Virus record (IMG/VR): IMGVR_UViG_3300027987_000368
Span: 16,844-80,843 of that record
DNA length: 64,000 nucleotides
DNA from: a virus
Direction: 5' to 3' (one strand)
Shown here: positions 9,169 through 18,557 of the stretch, piece by piece
How positions within the stretch are numbered: position 1 is the first letter of the stretch
Layout of the letters: every line of letters starts with the position of its first letter
Notes under the pieces: generated by a model
What the model saw: only the letters and a program-made list of their open reading frames with translations
Told to the model about the DNA's origin: nothing
Databases searched by the model: none
Made by a program: the position numbers and the translations under genes

Positions 9169-9972
9169 ATGGCAAATTCAGTCAACGTGCCCCCAGCTGT
9201 CCGCGACGTCCTTTCGCGCGCGACTATCACCAGCGACCGCGTCGTGCTCCCGCCCGAGCAGCTCGAGCGCAAGCTCTACGAGCAGGTCAACAAGGTGCTC
9301 GCAGCTGCGGGCGGGAAGTGGAACCGCAAGGCCGCGGCCCACCTGTTCAAACACGACCCACGCAAGGCGCTCGGGCTCGCGGTCGACAGCGGGACGATCG
9401 TCAACACGAAGAACGTGCTGCAGGCGTTCTACACCCCGCTCGAACTCGCTGACCTGCTCGTCGAGAAGGTCGACCTACAGCCTGGCGAACGCGTGCTTGA
9501 GCCGTCGTGTGGCGGTGGTGCGCTGATTGCCGCCGTGCTCCGCCGCCAACCAGCGGCGATCGTCCACGCGATCGATATCGAAGAAGCGGCGATCTTCGAA
9601 TCAGCTGCTCTTGTCAGCAGCTATCAGCAGGCCGGAATCGTACCTTCAGGCCTTCAGGTGAAGCTCGTCACCGTCGACTTCCTCGAGGTCGAGCCCAGCC
9701 CAATCTACGACGTCGTCGTGATGAATCCGCCCTTCACCAAGGACCAAGACATCGCGCACGTCCGGCACGCGTGGGCGTTTTTGCGTCCTGGCGGTCGCCT
9801 GGTGAGCGTCATGTCGAAGGGCTGGACTTGGCCTGGCGGCAGCAAGAAGCGACAGGACTGGGCTCGCTTCGTCGGGGCCCAGCGCGGCGAGGTCGAGACC
9901 GTCGATGCGGGCGCGTTCAAGGCGAGCGGCACCATGGTCGAGACCGTCATCGTGCTGCTGCGAAAGCCCTAG
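9169..9972 (+). CDS. DNA N6-adenine methyltransferase (gamma-type motif order)
   Basis: FYTP, VLEPSCGGG (SAM binding), VMNPPF (catalytic), LRPGGRLV. Confidence 0.88.
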   Translation: MANSVNVPPAVRDVLSRATITSDRVVLPPEQLERKLYEQVNKVLAAAGGKWNRKAAAHLFKHDPRKALGLAVDSGTIVNTKNVLQAFYTPLELADLLVEKVDLQPGERVLEPSCGGGALIAAVLRRQPAAIVHAIDIEEAAIFESAALVSSYQQAGIVPSGLQVKLVTVDFLEVEPSPIYDVVVMNPPFTKDQDIAHVRHAWAFLRPGGRLVSVMSKGWTWPGGSKKRQDWARFVGAQRGEVETVDAGAFKASGTMVETVIVLLRKP

Positions 9973-10469
9973 ACCTCGGGCAACGCGATCGTGGCATCGA
10001 CGATCAGGTCGCCGCCGTCCCACCGGACCGGGCGCAGCTCAGGATGCGCCCGCCATAGGTCGGCGAGCGACGGGTAGCGCAGCCCGAAGCCGGCCTCTTG
10101 CTTGACCGGGTCGAGCAGCCACGCCTCGCCGTCGGTGACGCGGACCAGCGCTTCGCCGTACAGAATCCGCCGGCCGTGAAGCACCGCGTCGAGGCGGCTC
10201 TTCGCGTCGCGTTCCTCCGAGTATGCATGCCGAGCTCGGACCTCGGCCTCGGACTGCAGCGCGCGCGCTTGGCCGATCGCCGTCGTCGCATCGGGCAGAA
10301 CCTCGGCGATCGCATCGGCGACGACGTTGGCGCGGTCGATGTCGTGGCAGTCGACCAGGACGCTTGGCCCTGGACTTCCGCCGCCATCATTCACGTAGAC
10401 CAGCGCAGGTCGATGGCGCTGCCCCTTGACATTCTCCGCGCGTCGGTGGCTATCGATGGTCAGCATCAC
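9969..10469 (-). CDS. Hypothetical protein
   Basis: 166-aa ORF in coupled gene chain. Confidence 0.5.
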   Translation of the reverse strand: MMLTIDSHRRAENVKGQRHRPALVYVNDGGGSPGPSVLVDCHDIDRANVVADAIAEVLPDATTAIGQARALQSEAEVRARHAYSEERDAKSRLDAVLHGRRILYGEALVRVTDGEAWLLDPVKQEAGFGLRYPSLADLWRAHPELRPVRWDGGDLIVDATIALPEV

Positions 10470-10906
10470 TGCCCCAGCACCTTTCGAAGCGCGACCGACA
10501 TCCCCTCGGCGCGCGCTCGTTTCGTCGCGGCGAGATCCACCTGTTCTCGTTCCTCAAGTTCATCGGCGAGAGCGTGAAGTTCGGCATGGCGTTTCACGAT
10601 CCAGTCAACCGCGGCTTGGTCGAGCGCAGGCATCGAAGGTTGCTCTGCATCCTCGATGACCTCGATGACGACGTCGTCGGTATACTGGCGGTAGCACTTG
10701 CCGGCCTCCATCCTCTCATCCAGAACCTTGAGGGGACCAACGTGCGGCGCCCAGCAGATGCCGTTCTCATCGTAACCGAGCAAGATTCCGTCAGCCTTCA
10801 TGATGAAGTGGTTCGGGATGGCTCGATGACCAAGCCGGACCTGGCGACCCTCCCACTGCATGGCCTCGCGTTTGTCGTGGATCGTGACGATCATGCCCGC
10901 CTGCAC
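10466..10906 (-). CDS. Hypothetical protein
   Basis: 146-aa ORF in coupled gene chain. Confidence 0.5.
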   Translation of the reverse strand: MQAGMIVTIHDKREAMQWEGRQVRLGHRAIPNHFIMKADGILLGYDENGICWAPHVGPLKVLDERMEAGKCYRQYTDDVVIEVIEDAEQPSMPALDQAAVDWIVKRHAELHALADELEEREQVDLAATKRARAEGMSVALRKVLGQ

Positions 10907-10930
10907 ATCGGCTGCGGCGGGTGCATTCCA

Positions 10931-12025
10931 TCATGAGCATCCAGCGAAGAGCGGGCCGTCGCCACCGTCGTCGAGCGCGAGGCAATGCGGCGACGCCCAG
11001 ATCGTCTCGCCGTCCTTGCGCCACACGTGCTTCGACCAGCCGTGCTTGAGCAGTTCGTCGTGCTCGTTTCCCTTGCCCGCGAGGGTGATGCGCAGCAGCG
11101 GGTTGGCGCCGTGCTCGAGCGCCCAGGCCCTGACCTCGGCGCTGATCGCCGGGTCGTCGACGCGGTAGAGCCTCGAGCTGCGCAGGCTGTGGCAGTAGGG
11201 CGGGTCCAGGCTGACGCCGGTCAGGCCGTGGCTCGTCGTCACCGACACGGTCAGGACCCGCCGCCAGTCGCCGCAGATGATCCTGGCCCAGCGGAGCCGC
11301 TGCGCGAGCTCGACGAACCAGACGACGAGGGCCTCGCGGTGGGTCCCGCTGTGGATCCCGTTGCCGTGGGCCGGGTGCCCGGTGTAGCTGCCCGAGATCA
11401 TGGGCATCTGGCGCGGCGTGACGCCGTGGCCAGCGTGGCTCAGCTGCGGCCGGGTCCGGTGGGTTGCAGCGCCTCCGCGGCCGGCAACGCCGAGCCCATA
11501 GTGGGGACGCTGACCCTGACCTCCGACCCGCGGGATCTTCCGCGTCGTGCGCCTGACGACGCCTCGACCTTGGTGCGGCCGGTTGCCCTGACCGCCGAGC
11601 GCCGGCCGCTTGCGGCTGGGCTCCCGGCACCAGCCCGAGCCCAGCCACGCCGAGGCGCCCCAGATCCACCACGCCGCGAGTTCGATGTCGCAGGCCTTGG
11701 GGTCGCTGCGCAGCAGGTCCGGCAGCTCATGCGCCCGTGCGACGAGCAGGTCGTGCGCTGCATGGAGGGTGACCTCGTGCACGGGATGATCGCAGAGCTC
11801 CGCGGTATCCTCGGGCGAGTAGGTGATCGCGCGCCAGACGTTGACGATCAGCCCGTCTGCGTCGTTGATCGTCTCGACCTTCGCGGGGGCGGACCGGCCG
11901 AGTAGCTCGCCGAGCATGCCCGCGAAGGGGATCACGAGGTTGTTGATCGGCCCCATGAGCTGCTCGATCAGCGGGGCCGCCTGCAGCTTGGATCCGTAGT
12001 ACGGGGCCGGGGCGCGGAGTGTCAA
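10931..12025 (-). CDS. Dam-like (D12 class) DNA adenine methyltransferase with internal repeats
   Basis: PYYGSK, VIPFAG, ETINDADG, LDPPY; TTG start after GGAGG. Confidence 0.85.
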   Translation of the reverse strand: MTLRAPAPYYGSKLQAAPLIEQLMGPINNLVIPFAGMLGELLGRSAPAKVETINDADGLIVNVWRAITYSPEDTAELCDHPVHEVTLHAAHDLLVARAHELPDLLRSDPKACDIELAAWWIWGASAWLGSGWCREPSRKRPALGGQGNRPHQGRGVVRRTTRKIPRVGGQGQRPHYGLGVAGRGGAATHRTRPQLSHAGHGVTPRQMPMISGSYTGHPAHGNGIHSGTHREALVVWFVELAQRLRWARIICGDWRRVLTVSVTTSHGLTGVSLDPPYCHSLRSSRLYRVDDPAISAEVRAWALEHGANPLLRITLAGKGNEHDELLKHGWSKHVWRKDGETIWASPHCLALDDGGDGPLFAGCS

Positions 12026-12213
12026 AACGGTGGGTCCTCCCACACGCGACCACGGCAATCGGTGAACCTTCCATTGCCAATGGCTCGCCGCGTGGAGTGA
12101 GCCAGGCGGCAAGTGGGGCACCCGCAGCCGCAGCCAAGTCGAGCAAGCCGTTGCTCGGTTGCCGTCTTTCGGTCCGCCTCCGACTTGGTCATTTTATCCG
12201 CCTCCGACTTCAT
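12022..12213 (-). CDS. Small Cys-rich hypothetical protein
   Basis: CGCGCPTC; coupled at both ends. Confidence 0.4.
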   Translation of the reverse strand: MKSEADKMTKSEADRKTATEQRLARLGCGCGCPTCRLAHSTRRAIGNGRFTDCRGRVWEDPPF

Positions 12214-12542
12214 GGCTGCGCCTCGAGTTCGAGCTCGGCTTGCCTGTCGGTTTCCACGGCCGCGCGCGCCATCGCGTCGTCGTCGAGCCCGAGCTGATCG
12301 AGGTAGCTCGCGCGCCCATGGTGCCAGGCTGCGTGACAGCCGGTGCTCATCGGGACGATGTCCGCCGCGCGCCCGCCCGCGCCGCGGCTGACGATGTGGC
12401 TCGGCTCCGACCAGCCGCCCGTGCACTCGGGGTGCTTGCCGGCGCAGACGCAGGGCATCGCGTTGATGACCAAGATGCGCTCGCGCGAGCCGAAGTCGCG
12501 CAGTCGTCGGGCTTGCTGTCGCGGCGCGTTGGGTCGGATCAT
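12210..12542 (-). CDS. HNH-like / DUF968-Ref-like nuclease-fold protein
   Basis: PCVC...EPSHIVSRGAGG...IVPMSTGCHAAWH. Confidence 0.6.
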   Translation of the reverse strand: MIRPNAPRQQARRLRDFGSRERILVINAMPCVCAGKHPECTGGWSEPSHIVSRGAGGRAADIVPMSTGCHAAWHHGRASYLDQLGLDDDAMARAAVETDRQAELELEAQP

Positions 12543-12666
12543 CCCATCCTCCGCGTGTAGGGCTTGGACGCTGGGCGGCGGCTTGGTGGATCTTCGTACT
12601 TCGCGTACTCCGCCAACAGCATCCCGATCTCATCGCAGCCGGGTGGAGGACGAAGGCGATTGAGGT

Positions 12667-12960
12667 TCACGGCCTCACCTCGCTCGGATCGCCGCGCTTC
12701 CACGCCGCCGCACACTTGTCGCAGACGCACCGCACGGTGTTGGCATCGCACCACGCGAGCGCATCGTAGCGATCTTGATCGTGGGTGCCGGCGTGCTGCT
12801 GGCGGAACACGTGAGTGCCCGCCGAGATCATCGCTCGACCAGACTCGACCAGCTCGGCGCGCAGGCGCTTCACCTCGCGCGCGAGCACCTGCTCGCCAGC
12901 GCTGACTGGCGCGCGCACCAGGATGTCCAGCGTCGAGCCGGCGGACGCCTCGCTGCTCAT
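12667..12960 (-). CDS. Hypothetical protein
   Basis: ORF in coupled chain; CVCDKC. Confidence 0.45.
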   Translation of the reverse strand: MSSEASAGSTLDILVRAPVSAGEQVLAREVKRLRAELVESGRAMISAGTHVFRQQHAGTHDQDRYDALAWCDANTVRCVCDKCAAAWKRGDPSEVRP

Positions 12961-13460
12961 GACCGCGCCGCCATCCCGGCGAGGATCACCCACTGGTCGA
13001 TGCCCGTGGCGTCGTGGGCAAACTCGATCAACTTGGCGACGCTCCACGCGTCGTCGGTATCGGTGGAGACGAACGCCATCTCTTCGTCGCCCTCAGCCAC
13101 CCAGGCCGTGTAGTCGTCCCCCGATCGTGACGTCAGGTTTGAGTCGGGCATCCCCGCTCGCTCGCGCATCCAGGCGAGCGCGCCTTGAGCGGTCACGCCC
13201 GCCTCGCGCACCTCGGCGCCGCCCGGCATCACGCGGGACTTCCAGCGCCGGATCTCCGCCTTCGCCTCCGCGAGCTGCTTCTCCGCCGCACCGATCTCGC
13301 TGGCTCGGTCGAGGCGCGCCTCCGATGCCGCCCGTTGGAGTGCGAGGATGCATTCACGCGGATCGAAGTGCTCTTGCACCTTCGCTTCGCTGGTCCCGGG
13401 CGCTGATCGCCAGACCCGTTCACCATCGAGAATCAAACACTGGCAGCGACCGCACAACAT
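12957..13460 (-). CDS. Hypothetical protein, paralogous in its C-terminal half to 21793-22536
   Basis: RVMPGGAEVREAGVTAQGALAWMRER resembles RVVINSSDVAQAKVTAATRNAWLRER. Confidence 0.5.
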   Translation of the reverse strand: MLCGRCQCLILDGERVWRSAPGTSEAKVQEHFDPRECILALQRAASEARLDRASEIGAAEKQLAEAKAEIRRWKSRVMPGGAEVREAGVTAQGALAWMRERAGMPDSNLTSRSGDDYTAWVAEGDEEMAFVSTDTDDAWSVAKLIEFAHDATGIDQWVILAGMAARS

Positions 13461-13565
13461 CAGTCCGCCTCCGCAAGCTTGGTCAGCATGCCATCGGCGA
13501 CCGAGCACCAAGCTGTGTCATTCCATGGCCGCCGCGAACAGCTCACGCGGCGATCCGTGCGGGGC

Positions 13566-14411
13566 TCAGAGCATACGCTCGAGGCGGAACTGCATCATAA
13601 ATTGTACGTCGATGTTGTTGGACCCGACCTTGACGATCCCTTGCACGTCGGTTCGCTCAACGATCCTCGTCACGGCCGCGTCCGAATCGAACAGCGCGGT
13701 GGTGTTCTCGACCGAGCTGACAGGCAAGATGGACCACGCCGTCCCAAGCCCAAAGTTTGTGCCGATAAAGGCTGTGCCTCGGCCGAGTGCAGATCCGAAC
13801 GGCGCGTAGGTGAGCTTCGCAGCATGCCCACGTGGACAGTGGAACGAGGCCGATCGCGAGCGCCCTGCCCCGATCGGGATCCGATCGAATACCTTCCCAC
13901 CGCCATCGCGGACGTCGACGTTCCCCAGATTGTTCGTGCTAGGCGCATCTTCGGTCGCGCCAAGCGAGGTCACGACTGACGCATCTTGGACACGAAACAC
14001 CGATGCTGGAACCGACGAACCGCTCGGTGGGGTCGGTGGGGTCGGTGGCCTGTTTGCCCGGCCAAGAATTCCGTCGGTCGGCTTGTAGGTCACGGCCACG
14101 TTGGACAGCCCATTCATGACAAGCAGGTCGGAATTACGCCAATCTCCTAGTTCATCGATGAACGTGACCAATACGAGCTGAGCACCGCTGACTCCGAACG
14201 TGTCGCCTGCGCTCGAGGAGACGACGAACATTGGCTTGGGAGCGAGAGGCAAGGGACGTTTGGTAGCGACTCCGGCCCACACATCAGCGGTGGTGTTGTT
14301 CGGGATGGCGAGGCGTTCGCCAAACGCCGGATGCGATCCCTCGTTGCGAGCCAGGCTCGTCCTCAGAGTATCGATCTGAGGTGGGCTCAGGAGTCCGCCT
14401 GACGGGATCAT
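13566..14411 (-). CDS. Putative beta-rich virion/structural protein
   Basis: VVSSSAGDT..GAQLVLV..IDE..VMNG pattern seen in uncharacterised phage proteins; beta-strand-like composition. Confidence 0.5.
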   Translation of the reverse strand: MIPSGGLLSPPQIDTLRTSLARNEGSHPAFGERLAIPNNTTADVWAGVATKRPLPLAPKPMFVVSSSAGDTFGVSGAQLVLVTFIDELGDWRNSDLLVMNGLSNVAVTYKPTDGILGRANRPPTPPTPPSGSSVPASVFRVQDASVVTSLGATEDAPSTNNLGNVDVRDGGGKVFDRIPIGAGRSRSASFHCPRGHAAKLTYAPFGSALGRGTAFIGTNFGLGTAWSILPVSSVENTTALFDSDAAVTRIVERTDVQGIVKVGSNNIDVQFMMQFRLERML

Positions 14412-14821
14412 AGCAGCCGAGCTCCCGACAAGATGTACACCCAGAGCGCAGGCAGCACGCCGACGTTGGCGAGATTTTCGATGTTCAGCCACGCTGTAGA
14501 CCCGGGGGTGAGGCCTTGAGCGGTCACCGAGATCCTGGCGCTGAGGCTCACGCTCACCCTCTCCTCGATGTCCAGCCCCCGGACGATAGCGCCGTCGATC
14601 TCGGTGGCGACCCACGCGTTGATGGCCAGCGATCCGACGTCTTGGCCCGCCGCGTCCACCTGGGTCCCAGCCTTGCCGACGAAGGCGAACGAGACTTCCG
14701 GCCTCAAGATTCGCATCGGTCGAACCGTGTCGGGGATCGGATTCGCTGGGTCGGTCCAGTTCTGATCGCGAACGAACCCCGTGGTGAGGTTGATCCGGCG
14801 AATGAGCGTCGAACTCGCCAT
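14408..14821 (-). CDS. Hypothetical beta-rich protein
   Basis: 137-aa ORF; TAGAGT box 6 nt upstream of ATG; coupled to the next gene. Confidence 0.55.
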   Translation of the reverse strand: MASSTLIRRINLTTGFVRDQNWTDPANPIPDTVRPMRILRPEVSFAFVGKAGTQVDAAGQDVGSLAINAWVATEIDGAIVRGLDIEERVSVSLSARISVTAQGLTPGSTAWLNIENLANVGVLPALWVYILSGARLL

Positions 14822-14842
14822 GAGCCCACTCTAGCAGACCAG

Positions 14843-14958
14843 TCACATGAACTCGCAAAAGCGAGCCAGCGAGCCAGCAGCTGGCTATTGATGAGTTTCC
14901 TGAGCCGCTGGTCGCGCGCGGCGCCCTGCGACGCCGCGGTGACAACGAAGCTCAACGT
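14843..14958 (-). pseudogene. Relic of the 3' end of a YmfQ/DUF2313 baseplate gene
   Basis: VTAASQGAARDQRLRKLINSQLLA aligns with VTATSLGAAQDQALQDLINGQLQA of 26656-27246; a 1-nt shift restores ...AFCEFM* versus ...AIYTFT*. Confidence 0.6.
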
Positions 14959-14961
14959 GGG

Positions 14962-15282
14962 CTACTCGGTCCACTCGGCGAGCCCACGGATGAGCTCGCC
15001 GAGATGGGCGAGGCCGATGGTGTTGTGCTTGCTCGGGACTCCCTCGCAGCGAGCGAGGCTCTCCAGGATCTCTGCGACCTCGAGCAACTCGCCGCCATCT
15101 GGGGTCAGCGCTGGCGTGATTCCGCCCTTGACGAGTTGGCGCTCGAGCGCGCGCACCCGCAGAGATTGACCGCGGATCAGGGCGCTGAGCTCGACGATGG
15201 GGTCTATGGCCGCGGGCGCGCGGTAGGGGCCCGTCGTGGTCGAGGCGGCTGGTCGCCGTCGAAGTCGGTCCAGTAGCCCCAT
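14962..15282 (-). CDS. Hypothetical protein
   Basis: 106-aa ORF with GAGG upstream. Confidence 0.45.
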   Translation of the reverse strand: MGLLDRLRRRPAASTTTGPYRAPAAIDPIVELSALIRGQSLRVRALERQLVKGGITPALTPDGGELLEVAEILESLARCEGVPSKHNTIGLAHLGELIRGLAEWTE

Positions 15283-15426
15283 TACCTCGCCGCGCGGGCC
15301 GGATCGGCGCGGACGTCCTCGGCGTCGCGCTCGTAGTCATCCCAGTCGAGCGTGCTCATGCCCACACTACGAAGAGCCCGACCAGCACACCGACCGCAGC
15401 TCCGATGATGGCGCTCCCGACGTACT

Positions 15427-15738
15427 TCACGAACCGGCCTCGCGCCGGGTCTCGCTGAGCACCCAAAAGTACAGAGGCGCCCGCGACGGGGCCGACTCGA
15501 TCAGCTCCGCCCGGACAAATCGGCCAACGATCGGCGTCGCAGTCGAGCACCGAACCTCGGTTCCAGTCGGGGGCGGATCGCCAATGTTGGCGAAGAGCAG
15601 CGGGGCGCCGTCCAACAGGAGCACGTTGGCGTTGGCGTCCTTGATCACGATGGTCTTGCCCGCGCTCGTGAGCACCCCGATCCCGCCAGCCTTGAGCCAG
15701 TCGGGGCCCGCGAGTTGGAGCGTGACGGCGTCATTCAT
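15427..15738 (-). CDS. Hypothetical protein
   Basis: 103-aa ORF, GAGG upstream, coupled. Confidence 0.45.
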   Translation of the reverse strand: MNDAVTLQLAGPDWLKAGGIGVLTSAGKTIVIKDANANVLLLDGAPLLFANIGDPPPTGTEVRCSTATPIVGRFVRAELIESAPSRAPLYFWVLSETRREAGS

Positions 15739-15972
15739 GGTGATGTCCTCTCCAGCTGCGAAGCCGGGCCTGTGCTCCCGTGGGCCTTGACCAGCGCGCG
15801 CTGGTCCTCGGCGCCCAGCTCCTCGAGCAGGCGCAGGGCCCAGCGAAGGGCGCTCGCCTCTGCGCGGTCGTGGTCGCCGTCACGATCCGCGATCCATGCG
15901 AGCCGCCTGCGCAGTCGGTTCATCCGCGCGCGACCCTTGCTAGAGCTCGGGCTTGCTGGGTCGTCTCGCCGG

Positions 15973-17604
15973 TCAGGCATCCTGTTCCTCGATGATCGGA
16001 AGCCCACACTCCTTGAGCGTGAGCCTGTGGAATTCTTCCGTGGTGTATCGCCGCCAGCCGGTGTCGTGAAACAGCCAGACGCCCGCGACCCGGCGCTCGC
16101 GGGCAATGCTGCGCGAGCACTGCCAGCAGGATGGACCGCCCGACACGGCGAGCTGGCCGTCGGCGGTCTTGACATGCAGGAGCTCGAGCTGGTCGAGGTA
16201 GTGCGCGGTCATGTCCCGGAGCGCCTCCATCTCGGCGTGCTCGCAGAGCTTGGCGCAGTTGGCCATGCACGCGGGTGATCCGTCACAACCAAGGGGGCGA
16301 GGCGGGGAGTTGTGCCCGCCGCTGATGAGCTGCGGCGTGTTGTCCGGCCGGTAGATGGCTGGCTTGTAGATGACCACTCCGCGCTTGCTTTTGCAGCACG
16401 GCGATGTGTTGGCCAGCCGGACGGCGCGATCAATAGCGAATTGTGGCGGGTTCATTTCGGTCCTTGGCTGTGAATGTAGTTGATCGATGGTGAACGAATG
16501 GCCCCCGGTTCGCGTTGGGGCTTGGTCACCGAGGAGCTCGGCTTCGCAGCGTTCGGTCGCGGCGGCGTAGAGCTCCCGAGCGTGCGCCTGCTCTGGGTAC
16601 ATCTCGACGAGCTCGGCCGCTTGCTCTGCGTGCTTGGAGATCATGTCCTCGCGCGTCATCCCGATCGACCGCAGAGCGGAGCCGCGATTCAGCAGGTGCG
16701 TCAGCCTCGGGCAGATCTTGTCGATGTACCTGACCCAGCGTGCCTCGGGCGTCGATTGGCGCTCGTAGTCTTCGATCAGCTCGACGATCCGCGGAAGCCC
16801 GAGCGCGCGCAGCTGCTCGAGCGCGGCCTGCTCGCGCGCCGCCTTGTGCTCCCGCTCCCCGTCCGTCAGCCCCCAGGCCGTGCACGTGTCCTTGGCGTAG
16901 GTCTCGACCAGGTCGTGGACGAGCACCGCGCCAAGCAGCTGCGCCCGCCGGAGCTCGCTCGGAGCGAGTTCGATGGCGAGCAGCCCGAGCATCACCGTGT
17001 GTGTCGTGTCGCTCTCGGGCTGGCCGTCGGGGTGCTCGGTCGTGCGCAGGACCTGTCCGAACTGCATCGCCACCTCCGCGAGCTTGAGCGCCTGCTCGAG
17101 CTGGTGATCGGCCAGCTGCCCGTCGAGGTCGGCGTCGCGCTTGGCGAGTTCCGCAACGCTGGGGAAGTCGGATGTGTTGATGCCCAGCCGCGCGATGGCT
17201 TCGCGCGCGCGCTCGTTCGGCGTCGCCAGCTTCGCCGCCTCAAGCCCGATCAGATCGGCAAGGGCGACGTCACTCAGCAGCGTCAACCGCCCGGGTTCCC
17301 CGACTAGCCTGACCCCGACGATCGCGGGTGGATCCCCATCGAGGCGCCTGAGCACCGGGTACCACCACGACTCGCGGCCCTCGTTCGTGAGCTGCACCAA
17401 CCAGCCGTCGACGGTTGGAACCCCGCGGGCGAAGTGATGACCAGGCGGATCCCCGGCATCGAGCTCCCCGGAGAACACCAGTTCGACCTCGGCGCCAGCC
17501 ATCTCGGCGGATTCGAGCTGGCGCAGGAACTCGGCTCGCACGTGGGTGAGCATGGCGGATTGACCAAGCTCACCCACGTGCGGACCAGACTTATCAGTCT
17601 TCAT
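15973..17604 (-). CDS. HD-domain (YfbR-like) nucleotidase fused to dCMP/cytidine-deaminase-like domain
   Basis: ESDTTHT...LVHDLVE...DK (HD family); SPCCKSKRGVVI...GHN...CEHAEMEAL...PSCWQC (Zn deaminase); no stop between the domains. Confidence 0.8.
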   Translation of the reverse strand: MKTDKSGPHVGELGQSAMLTHVRAEFLRQLESAEMAGAEVELVFSGELDAGDPPGHHFARGVPTVDGWLVQLTNEGRESWWYPVLRRLDGDPPAIVGVRLVGEPGRLTLLSDVALADLIGLEAAKLATPNERAREAIARLGINTSDFPSVAELAKRDADLDGQLADHQLEQALKLAEVAMQFGQVLRTTEHPDGQPESDTTHTVMLGLLAIELAPSELRRAQLLGAVLVHDLVETYAKDTCTAWGLTDGEREHKAAREQAALEQLRALGLPRIVELIEDYERQSTPEARWVRYIDKICPRLTHLLNRGSALRSIGMTREDMISKHAEQAAELVEMYPEQAHARELYAAATERCEAELLGDQAPTRTGGHSFTIDQLHSQPRTEMNPPQFAIDRAVRLANTSPCCKSKRGVVIYKPAIYRPDNTPQLISGGHNSPPRPLGCDGSPACMANCAKLCEHAEMEALRDMTAHYLDQLELLHVKTADGQLAVSGGPSCWQCSRSIARERRVAGVWLFHDTGWRRYTTEEFHRLTLKECGLPIIEEQDA

Positions 17605-18092
17605 CGGGTCACCGTCGCCGCCGGCAAGGCCAGGATCCCGCCCACTGAGTAGTCGGCCTCGGCGAAGTCGGCGATGTTCGGCACGATCCGCTCGGCGAAG
17701 GTCTGCTGTCCGCTCTCGATCGCTGGCAACCAGACATCGATCGGAGACTCCAGGCCGCTCTCGATCACCTCGAGCTTCGACTTCACCGCCCAATAGAGCG
17801 TCCGATGCAGCCGCATCGCCTGCTTTTTCCAGTGCTTGTCGGCTGCGTCGCCCCTCAACCCACGCTGGAGCGGGTCTCCCTGTCGTGGCGGATCGACAAC
17901 CAACCGCACCATCATGGTGATGCCGGCGTGGATGAACTGGAAGCGAAGTATCGAGCGATGCGGTGGCGTCGTGGTCCACTGGACCGCCGTCACTCCGTGT
18001 TGCTCGAGCAGCTTCGAGATGTCGGTGCGCGACTTATCAACGCCGACCTTCGTGTCGGCGTACGGCTTTGGCCTGCTCTTGGGCTTGGTCAT
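17601..18092 (-). CDS. Conserved phage hypothetical protein
   Basis: YADTKVGVDKSRTDISKLL..HG...LYWAVKSKLEVIESG pattern. Confidence 0.65.
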   Translation of the reverse strand: MTKPKSRPKPYADTKVGVDKSRTDISKLLEQHGVTAVQWTTTPPHRSILRFQFIHAGITMMVRLVVDPPRQGDPLQRGLRGDAADKHWKKQAMRLHRTLYWAVKSKLEVIESGLESPIDVWLPAIESGQQTFAERIVPNIADFAEADYSVGGILALPAATVTR

Positions 18093-18159
18093 GACAGCCC
18101 AAGCATCGCAATCGTCGAGAGATTCCCGCCTCGATCCACGCAAGACCAACTCCGCATAT

Positions 18160-18202
18160 GAAAGAAGCGCCGGCTGCCTACGATCGATCGGCAGCCGGCG
18201 CT
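18160..18202 (-). terminator. Intrinsic terminator downstream of tRNA
   Basis: 13-bp stem AGCGCCGGCTGCC/GGCAGCCGGCGCT followed by TCTTTC on the minus strand. Confidence 0.7.
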
Positions 18203-18217
18203 CTAGGTTGTTGGTGT

Positions 18218-18291
<74 letters not shown>

Positions 18292-18296
18292 GCTCT

Positions 18297-18325
18297 GGTC
18301 TACCGCCGTGGACGACCACCGTCAA
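18297..18325 (-). promoter_or_regulatory. sigma70-type promoter of the tRNA
   Basis: TTGACG-17 nt-TAGACC ending 5 nt before the tRNA. Confidence 0.6.
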
Positions 18326-18557
18326 GGTTCCGCGGGGCGACCGCGTCGGAGAACCAGGCGCTGGCGCTGCACGACGCTGCTGCGTCTGGGCCGGCATCGC
18401 GACAAGTTCGGCACACGTGCCTGCGGACCAGTACAGAACCCACTTTTTTGACCTTGACCTCGTGGTCCAGCACGAGGTCGCTGCTGCATTTGATCGTGGC
18501 CATCGACCCGCCCAAAGCCATCCGCCGGTCGGGTATTCCACCCGCTCGGAGCCGCGG

